A stretch of DNA of 64,000 bases from Gloeobacterales cyanobacterium (GTDB taxonomy: Bacteria > Cyanobacteriota > Cyanobacteriia > Gloeobacterales > PMM-0068), in assembly GCA_038245785.1 (NCBI GenBank), contig JBBRSB010000008.1, positions 71,823 through 135,822 on the forward strand, read 5' to 3'. Of the stretch, positions 48,132 to 58,358 are shown one piece after another. Within the stretch, counting starts at the first letter, position 1; the number at the start of each line of letters is the position of its first letter. The notes under the pieces were generated by a model that ran no database searches, was not told the origin of the DNA, and saw only the letters and a list, made by a program, of their open reading frames with translations. The position numbers were made by a program, and so were the translations under genes.

Positions 48132-48983
48132 TCAGGAATCCTGCATCGTGGAAGGGCGGAAGATACCAAAAGGAGAACCGTTCGCTCTCAGTTGGTCTTC
48201 CGTATAAAAATAGGCTTCCTGATAGCGATACCAGGGCACGGTAGGCCACAAATGATGGACCAAATGGTAGTTCTGTCCCAGCAGCAAGATATTAGTCAAG
48301 GCACCGGGATAGACGCGCGTATCGCGCCAGCGGGCCGTATCGGTAAAAGGGCGATGAGGAATGTAGTCAAAAAATAGAACCAGCAAATGACCGCAAATCA
48401 AGGCTGGAGTAAACCAGAGATTACATAGTTCGACCATGATGCCCAGCTGCCATACCGTAATCAACATCACAATCTGAAGCGCGCGGGTAAAGGCCCAAAC
48501 TAAAAGGTCATTTTTCTGATAAAGCTTGTGTTTAAAGAAAAACAGCTCGTGGTGGGCAAAGCGGAAAGACATGGTCCACAGACCACCCCCCGTCGAGACA
48601 TAGTAGTCTGGGTCTTTTTCTGGGTCATTGGTATTGGCGTGGTGCTGGTTATGGGTACGCCGGAAAATAGGTAGAGCAAATCCTTGCAGTAAAGCAGAAG
48701 TGATACCCAGAAATTCATTGATCCAGCGGGAACGGTGTGCCACTCCATGGCCTGCATCATGCAGCACCGTTCCCATGACATAGAAAATCACTAGATTGAT
48801 CACAAAAGGAACAGCTTTCCACCAACCCCAGTAGGCATATCCCCAAGTGCCCAAGCCTCCGATGGTGATGCATCCTAGAAAAAGCAAGAGTGTGGGAGAC
48901 CAAAACGTTTGGGAAGCCCCCATCAGGTGCCGAGGGGTTCGGCTCTGGGAAGATGTTGGTTGCTCTAGAGTTCTGGGGTTCAA
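48132..48983 (-). CDS. crtR: Beta-carotene hydroxylase (desaturase superfamily)
   Basis: HDAGH, HNQHH.NTNDP..DPD, FFDYIPHRPF, GQNYHLVHHLWP. Confidence 0.85.
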   Translation of the reverse strand: MNPRTLEQPTSSQSRTPRHLMGASQTFWSPTLLLFLGCITIGGLGTWGYAYWGWWKAVPFVINLVIFYVMGTVLHDAGHGVAHRSRWINEFLGITSALLQGFALPIFRRTHNQHHANTNDPEKDPDYYVSTGGGLWTMSFRFAHHELFFFKHKLYQKNDLLVWAFTRALQIVMLITVWQLGIMVELCNLWFTPALICGHLLVLFFDYIPHRPFTDTARWRDTRVYPGALTNILLLGQNYHLVHHLWPTVPWYRYQEAYFYTEDQLRANGSPFGIFRPSTMQDS

Positions 48984-49166
48984 AGGATGGTCTCAAAACT
49001 ATTTATTATTTCACCGTGCATTCTGCCCTGGAAATGGGACAAAGACAACAATTCTCTGAAGAAGTGCCAAATGCTCATGCTACTTACCTATAGTTCCCTA
49101 ATACGAAAAACGTGATGAATTTACTCATAAGATTCAAAAAAGTGCACGTCTCATCAGGTTACGACA

Positions 49167-49802
49167 ATGATTAACGTGAATCAATGGACAACGGCTGAAC
49201 ATGCTTTGAGCTACTTGGCTAAGGCTGACCAAATTCCCCATCGCACTGAGGGAGAAGCAGTTCTCTTAGAATATGTTCCCAAGGATGCCACCCGTATTCT
49301 AGATCTAGGCACAGGGGATGGCCGACTGCCGGCTCTTTTGAAAATTGACCGTCTCCAAGCCACGGGCATTGCTCTAGATTTTTCTCCGACCATGCTCCAA
49401 GCAGCTCGAGCCCGATTTGCCCATGATCCATCAATCGAAGTGGTGGAGCATAACCTAGATCAACCTTTGCCCGATCTAGGAAATTTTGATGCTGTCGTAT
49501 CGAGCTTTGCCATTCATCACTGCACCGATGAACGCAAACGCTCACTCTATGCGGAAATATTCAACGTGTTAAATCCAGGCGGCGTGTTTTGCAACCTGGA
49601 ACATGTAGCCTCGCCAAATCCTGCCATGCACGCACGTTTTCTGGCTGCGATTGGCTATACCCCAGAGTCAGAAGACCCTTCCAACAAGCTATTGGATGTG
49701 GAAACACAGTTGGTCTGGCTGAGAGAACTTGGCTATCAAGATGTGGATTGTTATTGGAAATGGCTGGAACTAGCCCTGCTGATAGGATTCAAGCCCCTTT
49801 AA
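49167..49802 (+). CDS. Class I SAM-dependent methyltransferase
   Basis: ILDLGTGDG, FDAVVSSFAIHH, LNPGG. Confidence 0.9.
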   Translation: MINVNQWTTAEHALSYLAKADQIPHRTEGEAVLLEYVPKDATRILDLGTGDGRLPALLKIDRLQATGIALDFSPTMLQAARARFAHDPSIEVVEHNLDQPLPDLGNFDAVVSSFAIHHCTDERKRSLYAEIFNVLNPGGVFCNLEHVASPNPAMHARFLAAIGYTPESEDPSNKLLDVETQLVWLRELGYQDVDCYWKWLELALLIGFKPL

Positions 49803-49805
49803 TCC

Positions 49806-50009
49806 TTAGCCTAGCTCGACTTCATAGGTTTCCCCTCTCACGGCCACACGGTCCCCCTTGACCAATTTCCGGCCTCGTCGGGTTTCGGTCGCATCATTAA
49901 CCATCACCTCACCCTCTTGAATCATCAATTTGGCTTCTCCTCCAGTCATGGCTACGCCAACGAATTTGAGGAATTGATCTAGTTTGATGACGGAATTTTC
50001 TGTTGTCAT
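49806..50009 (-). CDS. RNA-binding S4 domain protein (YaaA/YbcJ-like)
   Basis: IKLDQFLK, TGGEAK, ETRRGRKL. Confidence 0.9.
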   Translation of the reverse strand: MTTENSVIKLDQFLKFVGVAMTGGEAKLMIQEGEVMVNDATETRRGRKLVKGDRVAVRGETYEVELG

Positions 50010-50161
50010 GGGACGTTACTTCACATCCATAAATGGTTTGAATTATTTCGGTTATGTTCCCATTTTTATGGGCAGGGGACATGACAATGTGAAATCTGGC
50101 ACACAATACCTACATATCTTGAAACGGATATTTAGACTGTGATTATCCCCCTCGGTGACGT

Positions 50162-51562
50162 GTGGTGTCCGATCCTTCTTCGCAATTATCTTTTCGACAG
50201 ACGCTTAAAAAAGAACTTCCGCTTTGGCAGGAACGAGGCATTCTGGATGCCACACAAACACAATCGCTCCATGACCTATATCAGCTAGAGGATATTGCAA
50301 CTAAGGCTAATCGGAGCTTTCTAGGAGGAATCAGTGTTTTAGGAGTATCCCTTGTAGGATTGGGGGCGATCAGCTTTGTTGCCGCTAATTGGCAGTGGAT
50401 TCCTAGCTTCTGGAAAGTTGTGCTGCTCTTAACGGTGATGTGGGTTGCCCAAGGTGTTGGGTTTTATCTTTGGAAAATCCGTAATAGTTATCCAGTTCTA
50501 GGACATGGCCTAATCTTTCTGGGCTCTCTGCTCTATGGAGCCAATATTGGTTTGTTCGGCCAAATTTTTCATCTCCAAGGCACGTTCTATCAAGCTTTTC
50601 TCCTCTGGGCTATGGGAGCGCTCGTTATGGCCTATGCTCTCCAAAGCTTGCCCAATGCTTTCCTTGCACTAGGAACCGCTTTTGCCGGATACCTCAGCGG
50701 GATAGGCGATATGCCAAACGCTTCATCGCCAGGGGTTCTGTTTACCTATGGAGCATGGTTTGGTCTAGCTCTTTTCTGGCCCTTAGCCTACAGTCTTCGC
50801 TCTGATGTTTTCTACAGCTTTTTAGTTCTGGCCTTTGGCATTTCTACCTTAGTTCCTGTGTTGCAAAACAATTGGTTTTTTACTTCTAGTTCAACACTAC
50901 TCTTTGCGACCTTCCTCGGGATTTTAATCTCGCTTTGGATATGGCTATCTTCTGTTCTTCCACTCAAGGATGGAAAGACTGAATTCCGTAGTGGAGCTAA
51001 AAATCTTGCATTCTTGGGTGTTGTGCTAATCGGATATTTTTATTCTTTTTGGGATGTAGCTAGTCAATCAGTTCAACAAATACAGCAAGGCATTCCTTGG
51101 GGACTCTGGCTGCAAAGTGGAATTGTTTTAATTCCACTCGTCACCTTAATTTCAGGAATAGTTTGGTTCTTTAAGTCAGTAGATAATCCCGAATTAAAGT
51201 TGGAAGCGGTAGCCATAGCAATCGGAGCCTCTGCTGTATTAGTCCCCATCCTCTTAGGTTTTGGAACGTGGCTGACCGTGGTTTGGGTCAACCTCGGATT
51301 GCTAACATTAGCCGCCTATTGGCTCTGGCTAGGATTACAACAGGCCAATCGTAGAAATTTTCTAGGAGGCATGGGACTTAGTGCCATCGTTGCTCTTAGT
51401 CGATTCTTTGAATATGACACAGGATTATTGCTGAAGTCTTTAGCCTTTGTTGTTGTCGGTGGCACCTTAACTTTTGCAGCCATTTGGTTTGAAAAGTATC
51501 TCAATCGCCAAGAGAATTTAAATCGGGAGAACCTAAAACAGGAGAACTTAAACAATGTTTAA
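50162..51562 (+). CDS. DUF2157 membrane protein
   Basis: W..RGI, FVAANW, GANIGLFGQIFH; many TMs. Confidence 0.85.
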   Translation: MVSDPSSQLSFRQTLKKELPLWQERGILDATQTQSLHDLYQLEDIATKANRSFLGGISVLGVSLVGLGAISFVAANWQWIPSFWKVVLLLTVMWVAQGVGFYLWKIRNSYPVLGHGLIFLGSLLYGANIGLFGQIFHLQGTFYQAFLLWAMGALVMAYALQSLPNAFLALGTAFAGYLSGIGDMPNASSPGVLFTYGAWFGLALFWPLAYSLRSDVFYSFLVLAFGISTLVPVLQNNWFFTSSSTLLFATFLGILISLWIWLSSVLPLKDGKTEFRSGAKNLAFLGVVLIGYFYSFWDVASQSVQQIQQGIPWGLWLQSGIVLIPLVTLISGIVWFFKSVDNPELKLEAVAIAIGASAVLVPILLGFGTWLTVVWVNLGLLTLAAYWLWLGLQQANRRNFLGGMGLSAIVALSRFFEYDTGLLLKSLAFVVVGGTLTFAAIWFEKYLNRQENLNRENLKQENLNNV

Positions 51563-52121
51563 AGCATGGATACCCTCGAAAGCTCCTGATAAAAAAGTAC
51601 CGCTAGGATTTTTCTTGGCTGCTGTATTCCTGCAAACTATAGTCTTGCTGCTAGCTCCAGCTCAGCAAAGCTATATTCTTGCCACGGGAACGACGATTAC
51701 TCTGCGCACTGCTCCTGTGGACCCGTATAACATTCTGCAGGGCTACTATGTGGCCTTGGGCTATGACATTTCCGACCCCAAAGCTTTGCCTGGCTACACA
51801 GCACAAAAAGATGGGCAAACCCTTTATGTGACGCTGCAACAACCTCAAAACGTAACCGAGGGGGAATGGACCGCCGTTGAGGTAAGTGTGGCTAAACCAG
51901 CTGAACTATCGCCAAAGCAGGTTGTCCTTAAAGGAGTGCTAAAAAATGGAAGAGTGCTCTATGGGTTGGAATCCTACAATATTCCTGAGGAACAACGGAT
52001 AGAAATTAACGATAATCTTCGCCAACGTCCTGAGCGTGCATTGCTGGATGCCAAAGTTGATGCTTCCGGTGCCGCTACTCCCTTACGACTCCGGATTGCT
52101 GGGAAGATTTATGATTACTAG
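51555..52121 (+). CDS. GDYXXLXY domain protein
   Basis: TAPVDPYNILQGYYVALGYDI, YGLESY.IPE; usual partner of DUF2157. Confidence 0.85.
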   Translation: MFKAWIPSKAPDKKVPLGFFLAAVFLQTIVLLLAPAQQSYILATGTTITLRTAPVDPYNILQGYYVALGYDISDPKALPGYTAQKDGQTLYVTLQQPQNVTEGEWTAVEVSVAKPAELSPKQVVLKGVLKNGRVLYGLESYNIPEEQRIEINDNLRQRPERALLDAKVDASGAATPLRLRIAGKIYDY

Positions 52122-52208
52122 ATGGACTTCACGATTCGATTAGCACAGCCTCAAGATCTCGATCTATCACAAACTCGGTATGGCTCCTTCCCAATCTCTC
52201 CTTTTTGA
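52122..52208 (+). pseudogene. Possible GNAT acetyltransferase N-terminal relic
   Basis: MDFTIRLAQPQDL...* (28 aa) exactly fills the operon gap. Confidence 0.35.
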
Positions 52209-52217
52209 GGAACCACT

Positions 52218-53183
52218 GTGAACGCTCCGCCCAAAATTGTGGTGGTCGGTAGTATCAACATGGACTTGGTAGCACAGGCTAACCATCTGCCCCAGCCTGG
52301 TGAGACGGTCATGGGCAGTCACTATCAGTACTGTCCTGGAGGAAAAGGAGCCAATCAAGCTGTCGCCGCAGTACGACTGGGAGCCAAGGTCTCGTTGATC
52401 GGTCAAGTCGGTCAGGATGAAGCTGGGACGAAGCTTTTAACAGGTCTTGAGCACGATCAGATTCATGTTAGCGCCGTTAATCGCTCTGTATCTCATAGTT
52501 CTGGATTGGCTGTAGTAACGGTCGATCCCAAGGGAGAAAACACGATTGTGGTCATTCCTGGAGCGAACCAAGGCGTTGACCAAGCCTTTGTGCAAAAGGC
52601 CTCCCAGAGTTTTACTGGAGCTGATGTAGTCTTACTCCAACTAGAAATCCCGATATCAGGGGTGATCCAAGCTGCCAAGCAAGGTCATCAGGCAGGCGCA
52701 AAAGTAATGCTCAATCCTTCTCCCTTTCAGCCTTTGCCGCATGAACTACTAGCCCATGTCCATGTGCTTGTACTCAATCAACACGAAAGCCAAACCTTAA
52801 CAGGATGCTCAGAACCCAAGCTTGCCTTGGAAGCTTTGCTCAAACAGGGACTTGAAACGGTCGTACTTACCGTTGGTGCCGATGGAGCCTGGGCTGTTAG
52901 CCAGAGAATGCCAAACCCCATTCATATTCCAGGTGTTCCCATAGCGGCAGTAGATAGTACAGGGGCCGGGGACGCGTTCACCGGAGCATTAGCCGTCGCT
53001 CTAGCCGAAGGACAAGAAATCTCCACAGCCGTACAATTTGCCAATACTGCTGGAGCATATGCAGCAACTATCTTAGGAGCACAACCATCCTTACCCTATC
53101 GAAACTCACTCCCTTCTCCCGAGGGAGAGGGGCCGGGGGTGAGGGCTCAAAAACTCCCCAATAGCTTCAATAGCCTTTCGTAA
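52218..53183 (+). CDS. rbsK: Ribokinase
   Basis: VVGSINMDLV, GGKGANQAVAA, LLQLEIP, VDSTGAGDAF. Confidence 0.9.
   Translation: MNAPPKIVVVGSINMDLVAQANHLPQPGETVMGSHYQYCPGGKGANQAVAAVRLGAKVSLIGQVGQDEAGTKLLTGLEHDQIHVSAVNRSVSHSSGLAVVTVDPKGENTIVVIPGANQGVDQAFVQKASQSFTGADVVLLQLEIPISGVIQAAKQGHQAGAKVMLNPSPFQPLPHELLAHVHVLVLNQHESQTLTGCSEPKLALEALLKQGLETVVLTVGADGAWAVSQRMPNPIHIPGVPIAAVDSTGAGDAFTGALAVALAEGQEISTAVQFANTAGAYAATILGAQPSLPYRNSLPSPEGEGPGVRAQKLPNSFNSLS
53105..53147. repeat. Palindromic repeat inside the overlap of two convergent genes
   Basis: CTCACTCCCTTCTCCCGAGGGAGAGGGGCCGGGGGTGAGGGCT. Confidence 0.6.
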
Positions 53184-54296
53184 AACATCGGGCGGATGAA
53201 CAAGCGCAAATCTCGCGTAGCCTTCTCCACTGGCACCAAAACCAGAACCGGGAGCAAGAGCAACTCCTGTTTCACGTACTAAGTCTCGACAGAAATCCAT
53301 CGAACTTCCTGTGTACCTTTTTGGCAGTCTAGCCCAGAGGTACATCGTCGCCTTTGGTGCAGGAACGTACCAATTAATATCGGCCAGAGCCTCGACACAG
53401 GCATCCCGACGTTCTTGAAAGACTTGAACGGATTCCATAACATAGTCCTGCGGGCCAGAAAGAGCTTGGGCAGCCGCCTGCAAAATTCCGCGATAGGGAT
53501 AGAAATTCGTCACATCGCGTATTTGACGTAGGGCCTTAATCAGAGCCGGATTGCCAACGGCATAACCAATTCGGAATCCACCCATGTGATAGGACTTGGA
53601 CATCGTATAGAGTTCAATGGAAACCGATTTTTCTGGATCAGCGTCAAAAATAGAGGGCGGTTTGTAGCTGCCAAAAGCAATATCCGCATAGGGGAAATCA
53701 TGAACTAGAGTCAGACCATTCTTTTGACAAAAAGCGACGGCTTCTTTGAAAAATTCTAGGGTTGCCGTTCCCGTCGTCGGGTTATGAGGATAGCTCAGCA
53801 CTAGCATCTTCGATTTATTCAGCACTTTAGACGGAATATCGGAGAAATCTGGTAGAAAATCTGGAGTTTGGAGTTTTAAAGTGTGAATTTGCCCACCTGC
53901 TAAATGCACACCTCCGGCATGAGACGGGTATCCTGGGTCTAAGAGCAGAGCATAATCTCCGGGGTCCAAAAGGGCTAAGGGCATTAAGGCTGTACCTTCC
54001 TGAGAACCGCCGAGGGGAAGGACTTCTGTTTGAGGGTCAACGGATATGCCGAATTTGCGTTCTACCCACCCAGCCACTGCTATACGAAAAGGAGCGGTCC
54101 CTTCAAATAGGAGATAACCATGGGTCGCTGGGTCATCTAGCGCCTGATGCAGTTTGGCAACGGCTAGAGCTGGAGCCGGTAAATCGGAAGAACCAAGAGA
54201 AAGGTCAATAATTTCTCGCTGGGCTGTGGCCTTGGCTCGGTCCATTTCTCCAAAAACGTTAGATTGTAGATAACTGAGGCGTTGCGCAAAATTCAT
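53106..54296 (-). CDS. Class I/II PLP aminotransferase (LL-DAP aminotransferase-like)
   Basis: IDLSLGSSD, SYPHNPT, HDFPY, TMSKSYHMGGFRIG. Confidence 0.85.
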   Translation of the reverse strand: MNFAQRLSYLQSNVFGEMDRAKATAQREIIDLSLGSSDLPAPALAVAKLHQALDDPATHGYLLFEGTAPFRIAVAGWVERKFGISVDPQTEVLPLGGSQEGTALMPLALLDPGDYALLLDPGYPSHAGGVHLAGGQIHTLKLQTPDFLPDFSDIPSKVLNKSKMLVLSYPHNPTTGTATLEFFKEAVAFCQKNGLTLVHDFPYADIAFGSYKPPSIFDADPEKSVSIELYTMSKSYHMGGFRIGYAVGNPALIKALRQIRDVTNFYPYRGILQAAAQALSGPQDYVMESVQVFQERRDACVEALADINWYVPAPKATMYLWARLPKRYTGSSMDFCRDLVRETGVALAPGSGFGASGEGYARFALVHPPDVLRKAIEAIGEFLSPHPRPLSLGRRE

Positions 54297-54921
54297 GGAA
54301 CCCAATCTCATACAGCCTCCCGATAAAAGCGTATCCCAGTCGTTGTCCTTTTTTACAACAGCCTGGCTACCTTATTTAATGGCGGTTTTAGCGTCGGGAG
54401 GAATGGCTTTAACAGGGTACCTCACCTATGAGAAATTAACCCTGGGAAAAGTAGCTGGCTGTAGCAGTGGCGGAGCTTGCGAAATTGTTCTTACCAGCGT
54501 TTATGCCAATGTCTTCGGCGTTCCCCTAACAATTTTTGGTCTTCTCCTCTATACCAGTGTCTTAGGAATAGCACTCTGGCCTAACCTCGGTCCTCGGAGA
54601 TCTTTAGGTTTACTCGGACTGACAACGATCGGTGCGGTGTTTAGCATCTATCTTGTTGGGATCATTTTCTTTGAATTACAAGCCCTTTGTCCCTATTGTT
54701 TGACCTCTGCAGGGTTATGGTTAACCTTGTTTACCTTGAGTGTCTTCTATGTTTTCAAAGGGCCTATAGAACAGAGAAAATTAGCGGTTCAAGTAGCTTC
54801 TCTGCTCGCCATAACCACGGTCCTAGGAGCAGCGGGACTCTACACGATTCAGAAAAATACGCTCCAATCCCTAACAGATTCTGCATTTCCTGAGCTAAAA
54901 AGCATTCCCGAATCGCAGTAG
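54295..54921 (+). CDS. Vitamin K epoxide reductase family protein (stand-alone)
   Basis: C....C..VL.S.YA.VFG.P and CPYC motifs; TMs. Confidence 0.85.
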   Translation: MEPNLIQPPDKSVSQSLSFFTTAWLPYLMAVLASGGMALTGYLTYEKLTLGKVAGCSSGGACEIVLTSVYANVFGVPLTIFGLLLYTSVLGIALWPNLGPRRSLGLLGLTTIGAVFSIYLVGIIFFELQALCPYCLTSAGLWLTLFTLSVFYVFKGPIEQRKLAVQVASLLAITTVLGAAGLYTIQKNTLQSLTDSAFPELKSIPESQ

Positions 54922-54964
54922 TAAAACTGAGTGGTAGACTCTCTGGGTACTCTGAAACGCTCCC

Positions 54965-56359
54965 ATGACTCAGCTCACGCCAAACTCCAGCAATAGCATC
55001 ACCGTCCGGCTGAAAATGCCTCACCCGTCCAGCTATTTAGCAAACGTGATCGATGCCATTGGAACGGCTGAAGGGGTCCTATCGGCAGCGACTTTAGTAA
55101 CAAAAAATAAAGGTTATGTGGAATGGGATATCACTGCAGATGCAGCCAGCGCAGACCATGCTCAAGCCATAGTCGCAGCGATCCAAAATCTCTCTGAAAC
55201 AGAGGTGCTCTCGGTCTTAGACTGCACTTTTGAACTTCATCGCCAGGGAAAAATTTCTGTCGAAAGTAAACATCCAATTGAAAACAAAGACCAGCTCTCC
55301 ATGGCCTATACCCCTGGGGTTGGAAGGGTTTGTAGTGCGATTGCGGAAGATCCAGCAAAAGTTTTTGAGTACACTATTAAAAGCCATACGGTGGCCGTAA
55401 TTTCGGATGGCAGTGCCGTTTTAGGCTTAGGGGATATTGGTCCAAAAGCAGCGATTCCCGTCATGGAAGGCAAGGCGATGATCTTTAAAGCCTTCGCTGG
55501 GCTGGATGCCTTTCCGATCTGCTTAGACACTAAAGATGTGGAAGAAATTATCAAGACGGTCCAATATCTGGCTCCTGTCTTTGGAGGTATCAACCTGGAA
55601 GATATCAGTGCGCCTCGCTGTTTTGAAATTGAAGACCGTTTGAAGGAATTGCTGGATATTCCGGTCATGCATGATGACCAACATGGAACAGCCGTAGTCA
55701 CCTTAGCGGCCTTGCTGAATGCGCTGAAAATCGTCAAGAAAAAACCGGAAGACCTGAAAGTAGTTTTCACGGGCGTAGGCGCAGCGGGAGTGGCCTGCAC
55801 CAAGATTTTGCTGCAGGCCGGGGTAAAAAATATTATTGGCTGCGATCGTTCTGGAGCGATTTACAGGGGTCGTAAGGGCCTGAATGATACAAAAATTGCT
55901 TATGCCGAACTGACCAATCCCCATGATGAACAGGGCACGATTCAGGAAGTAATCAAAGGAGCCGATGTTTTCGTTGGACTTTCCGGTCCTGGTACTGTTA
56001 GCCTCGAAGATATCAAGAATATGGCAACACAGCCGATTGTCTTTGCCATGGCCAATCCTGTTCCAGAAATTCCACCCGAGCTGGCAGGGCCTCATGTAGC
56101 CGTGATGGCTACTGGTAGGAGCGACTATCCCAACCAAATCAACAATGCCCTAGCCTATCCCGGTATTTTCAAGGGAGCGCTGAACTGCAAGGCTCAGAAA
56201 ATTACGGAGAAGATGAAGATGGCTGCAGCTCAAGCGATTGCAGACTTGATTAGCCCAGAAGAATTAAATCCTGATTACATCATTCCTTCTGTTTTTGATC
56301 CGAGAGTTGTTCCTGCGGTGGCTGCAGCCGTGGAACAAGCGGCTACTCAGCCAGAGTAA
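54965..56359 (+). CDS. NAD(P)-dependent malic enzyme with N-terminal ACT domain
   Basis: AYTPGV, DGSAVLGLG, MEGK, NLEDI, HDDQHGTA, TGRSDYPNQINN. Confidence 0.95.
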   Translation: MTQLTPNSSNSITVRLKMPHPSSYLANVIDAIGTAEGVLSAATLVTKNKGYVEWDITADAASADHAQAIVAAIQNLSETEVLSVLDCTFELHRQGKISVESKHPIENKDQLSMAYTPGVGRVCSAIAEDPAKVFEYTIKSHTVAVISDGSAVLGLGDIGPKAAIPVMEGKAMIFKAFAGLDAFPICLDTKDVEEIIKTVQYLAPVFGGINLEDISAPRCFEIEDRLKELLDIPVMHDDQHGTAVVTLAALLNALKIVKKKPEDLKVVFTGVGAAGVACTKILLQAGVKNIIGCDRSGAIYRGRKGLNDTKIAYAELTNPHDEQGTIQEVIKGADVFVGLSGPGTVSLEDIKNMATQPIVFAMANPVPEIPPELAGPHVAVMATGRSDYPNQINNALAYPGIFKGALNCKAQKITEKMKMAAAQAIADLISPEELNPDYIIPSVFDPRVVPAVAAAVEQAATQPE

Positions 56360-56462
56360 AGACACTAGCTTTACTGATTCTTCTTAGATTCCTCTTCTAA
56401 TCCTAAACAAGTACTTAGAGGAGAGGGAATTCTAAAGCTGTAATCATGATAAATAACGGGTT

Positions 56463-58358
56463 ATGGCGCTTAGTCAGGAACAGTTTGAAGCGTTAATAAA
56501 ACGCCTGGAGACCTTAGCCCGTGAAAGACCTAAAAGCTATCGGCTTCGTGTTGGGCTTTTGGCAGTATTAGGATATGCTTATCTCCTTTTTATTCTAACT
56601 GGGTTATTATTTATTTTCCTAGGCTTAATCTGGTTGGTTTTCTATAGCAAAAAATTTAATACGCTAGAGTTACAGAGTGGCTTTCTGATCCTCATTCCTA
56701 TCTTTTCTATTCTTAGATCTTTATGGGTCCGTTTGCCGCCTCCCAAAGGTCGATTGCTTTATCCAGAAGAAGCTTCTCCTTTATTCACTACGGTCAAAGA
56801 CTTAGCTACTTCCTTAAAAGCACCCTTTCCAGACCGAATTTTAATGACTTCAGACTTCAATGCCTCAGTCGTTCAGATTCCACGTCTGGGCATATTCGGC
56901 TGGCAGAAAAACTATTTATTAATCGGGCTGCCCCTGATGCATGCCCTATCCCCAGAACAATTCAGGGCAGTCCTTGCCCATGAGTTGGCTCATCTCTCTG
57001 GTAATCATAGTCAGTTTGCAAGCTGGATCTATCGTGTGCGGAAGACTTGGGTACAAGTTCTACAGCAGATGCAGTCTAAAGGTCATTCATTTTTATTTGA
57101 TTCTTTCTTTAATTGGTATATACCCTTTTTCGATGCTTATTCTTTTGTCTTTGCCAGGATGAATGAATATGAAGCTGATCGTCATGCAGCACAGGTGGTA
57201 GGCCCTAAGTATATTGCTGAAGCTCTAATCAATGTGGAAATTCGGAATCATTTTTTAGACCAATCTTTTTGGCCCCGCATTTCAAAACAGATGAATGAGC
57301 AGGCAGAACCACCCTCAGGCATTTATTCCAACATGCTCAACAACATGCGCTTAGGGATAGCTTTCGATGATGCAGAGCGTTGGTTCCATCAAGCTCTACA
57401 ACGAACAACAAACACTCAAGATACCCATCCTTGTTTAGCCGAAAGGCTAGCAGCTTTGGGCCTGCGCTCCGATTGGCAGCCTACAATTCCTAGTTCTACG
57501 GTTGTTATAGAGATTAGTGCAGCGCAACATTTTCTCAAGAACGCGCTTGAACCCTTAACTAATCACTTCAATCAGAGCTGGAAAAAAGAAATTGCTCCCT
57601 CTTGGAAAGAGCGCCATGCTCATTTGCAAGAATCAAAGATGAATCTGCAACAGCTAGAAGAAAAGGCCCAGCAAAAAAGTCTCAATGAAGAAGAAGCCTG
57701 GGAGCGAGCCTATTGGACCGCAGAGCTTCATGAAAAAAGTGAAGCGATTTTACTCTTGCAAGAGATGCTTATAGATCATCCTGATCATGTTTATGCTAAC
57801 TATTTATTGGGTGAGATCTTGCTAGATAAGGAAGATATCGTAGGGATTGCATTCCTAGAAAAAGCAATGGCTTTAGATCCAGAGATTTCAATATCAGGTA
57901 ATGAACTCATTTATAACTTTCTAAAAAAACAGGGAAAGTTGGGTGAAGCTAGTCACTATCTCAATCGAGTCAAACAACACCAAATATTGCTGACAAATGT
58001 CAGTTATGAACGTTCTTCAGTACACACCCGAGATCATTTTAAGATTCACCATTTATCGAAGTCAGCACTATCTAAGCTAACGGAACAACTAGCTAAATAT
58101 CCTGAAATAAAAGAAGCCTATCTGGTTCAGAAAGTTGTGAAGTACTTACCGGAGAAGCCTTTTTATGTACTAGCTCTACGACATTACTCTACATGGTGGA
58201 AGCTCGAGAGTAGCTATCGTGCACAAAAGCTTTGTGAGCAAATCGCTGCAGAGATAACATTTCCTGGTGGAACCTATATTCTTATTCTGGATGACCTCAA
58301 TAAAAAGATAGAAAAGAAAATATGCCCAACACCAGGGGCCTCTATCTATCGACGTTAA
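56463..58358 (+). CDS. M48 family metallopeptidase with TPR-like C-terminus
   Basis: VLAHELAH, EYEAD, DTHP.L.ERL; N-terminal TMs. Confidence 0.9.
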   Translation: MALSQEQFEALIKRLETLARERPKSYRLRVGLLAVLGYAYLLFILTGLLFIFLGLIWLVFYSKKFNTLELQSGFLILIPIFSILRSLWVRLPPPKGRLLYPEEASPLFTTVKDLATSLKAPFPDRILMTSDFNASVVQIPRLGIFGWQKNYLLIGLPLMHALSPEQFRAVLAHELAHLSGNHSQFASWIYRVRKTWVQVLQQMQSKGHSFLFDSFFNWYIPFFDAYSFVFARMNEYEADRHAAQVVGPKYIAEALINVEIRNHFLDQSFWPRISKQMNEQAEPPSGIYSNMLNNMRLGIAFDDAERWFHQALQRTTNTQDTHPCLAERLAALGLRSDWQPTIPSSTVVIEISAAQHFLKNALEPLTNHFNQSWKKEIAPSWKERHAHLQESKMNLQQLEEKAQQKSLNEEEAWERAYWTAELHEKSEAILLLQEMLIDHPDHVYANYLLGEILLDKEDIVGIAFLEKAMALDPEISISGNELIYNFLKKQGKLGEASHYLNRVKQHQILLTNVSYERSSVHTRDHFKIHHLSKSALSKLTEQLAKYPEIKEAYLVQKVVKYLPEKPFYVLALRHYSTWWKLESSYRAQKLCEQIAAEITFPGGTYILILDDLNKKIEKKICPTPGASIYRR

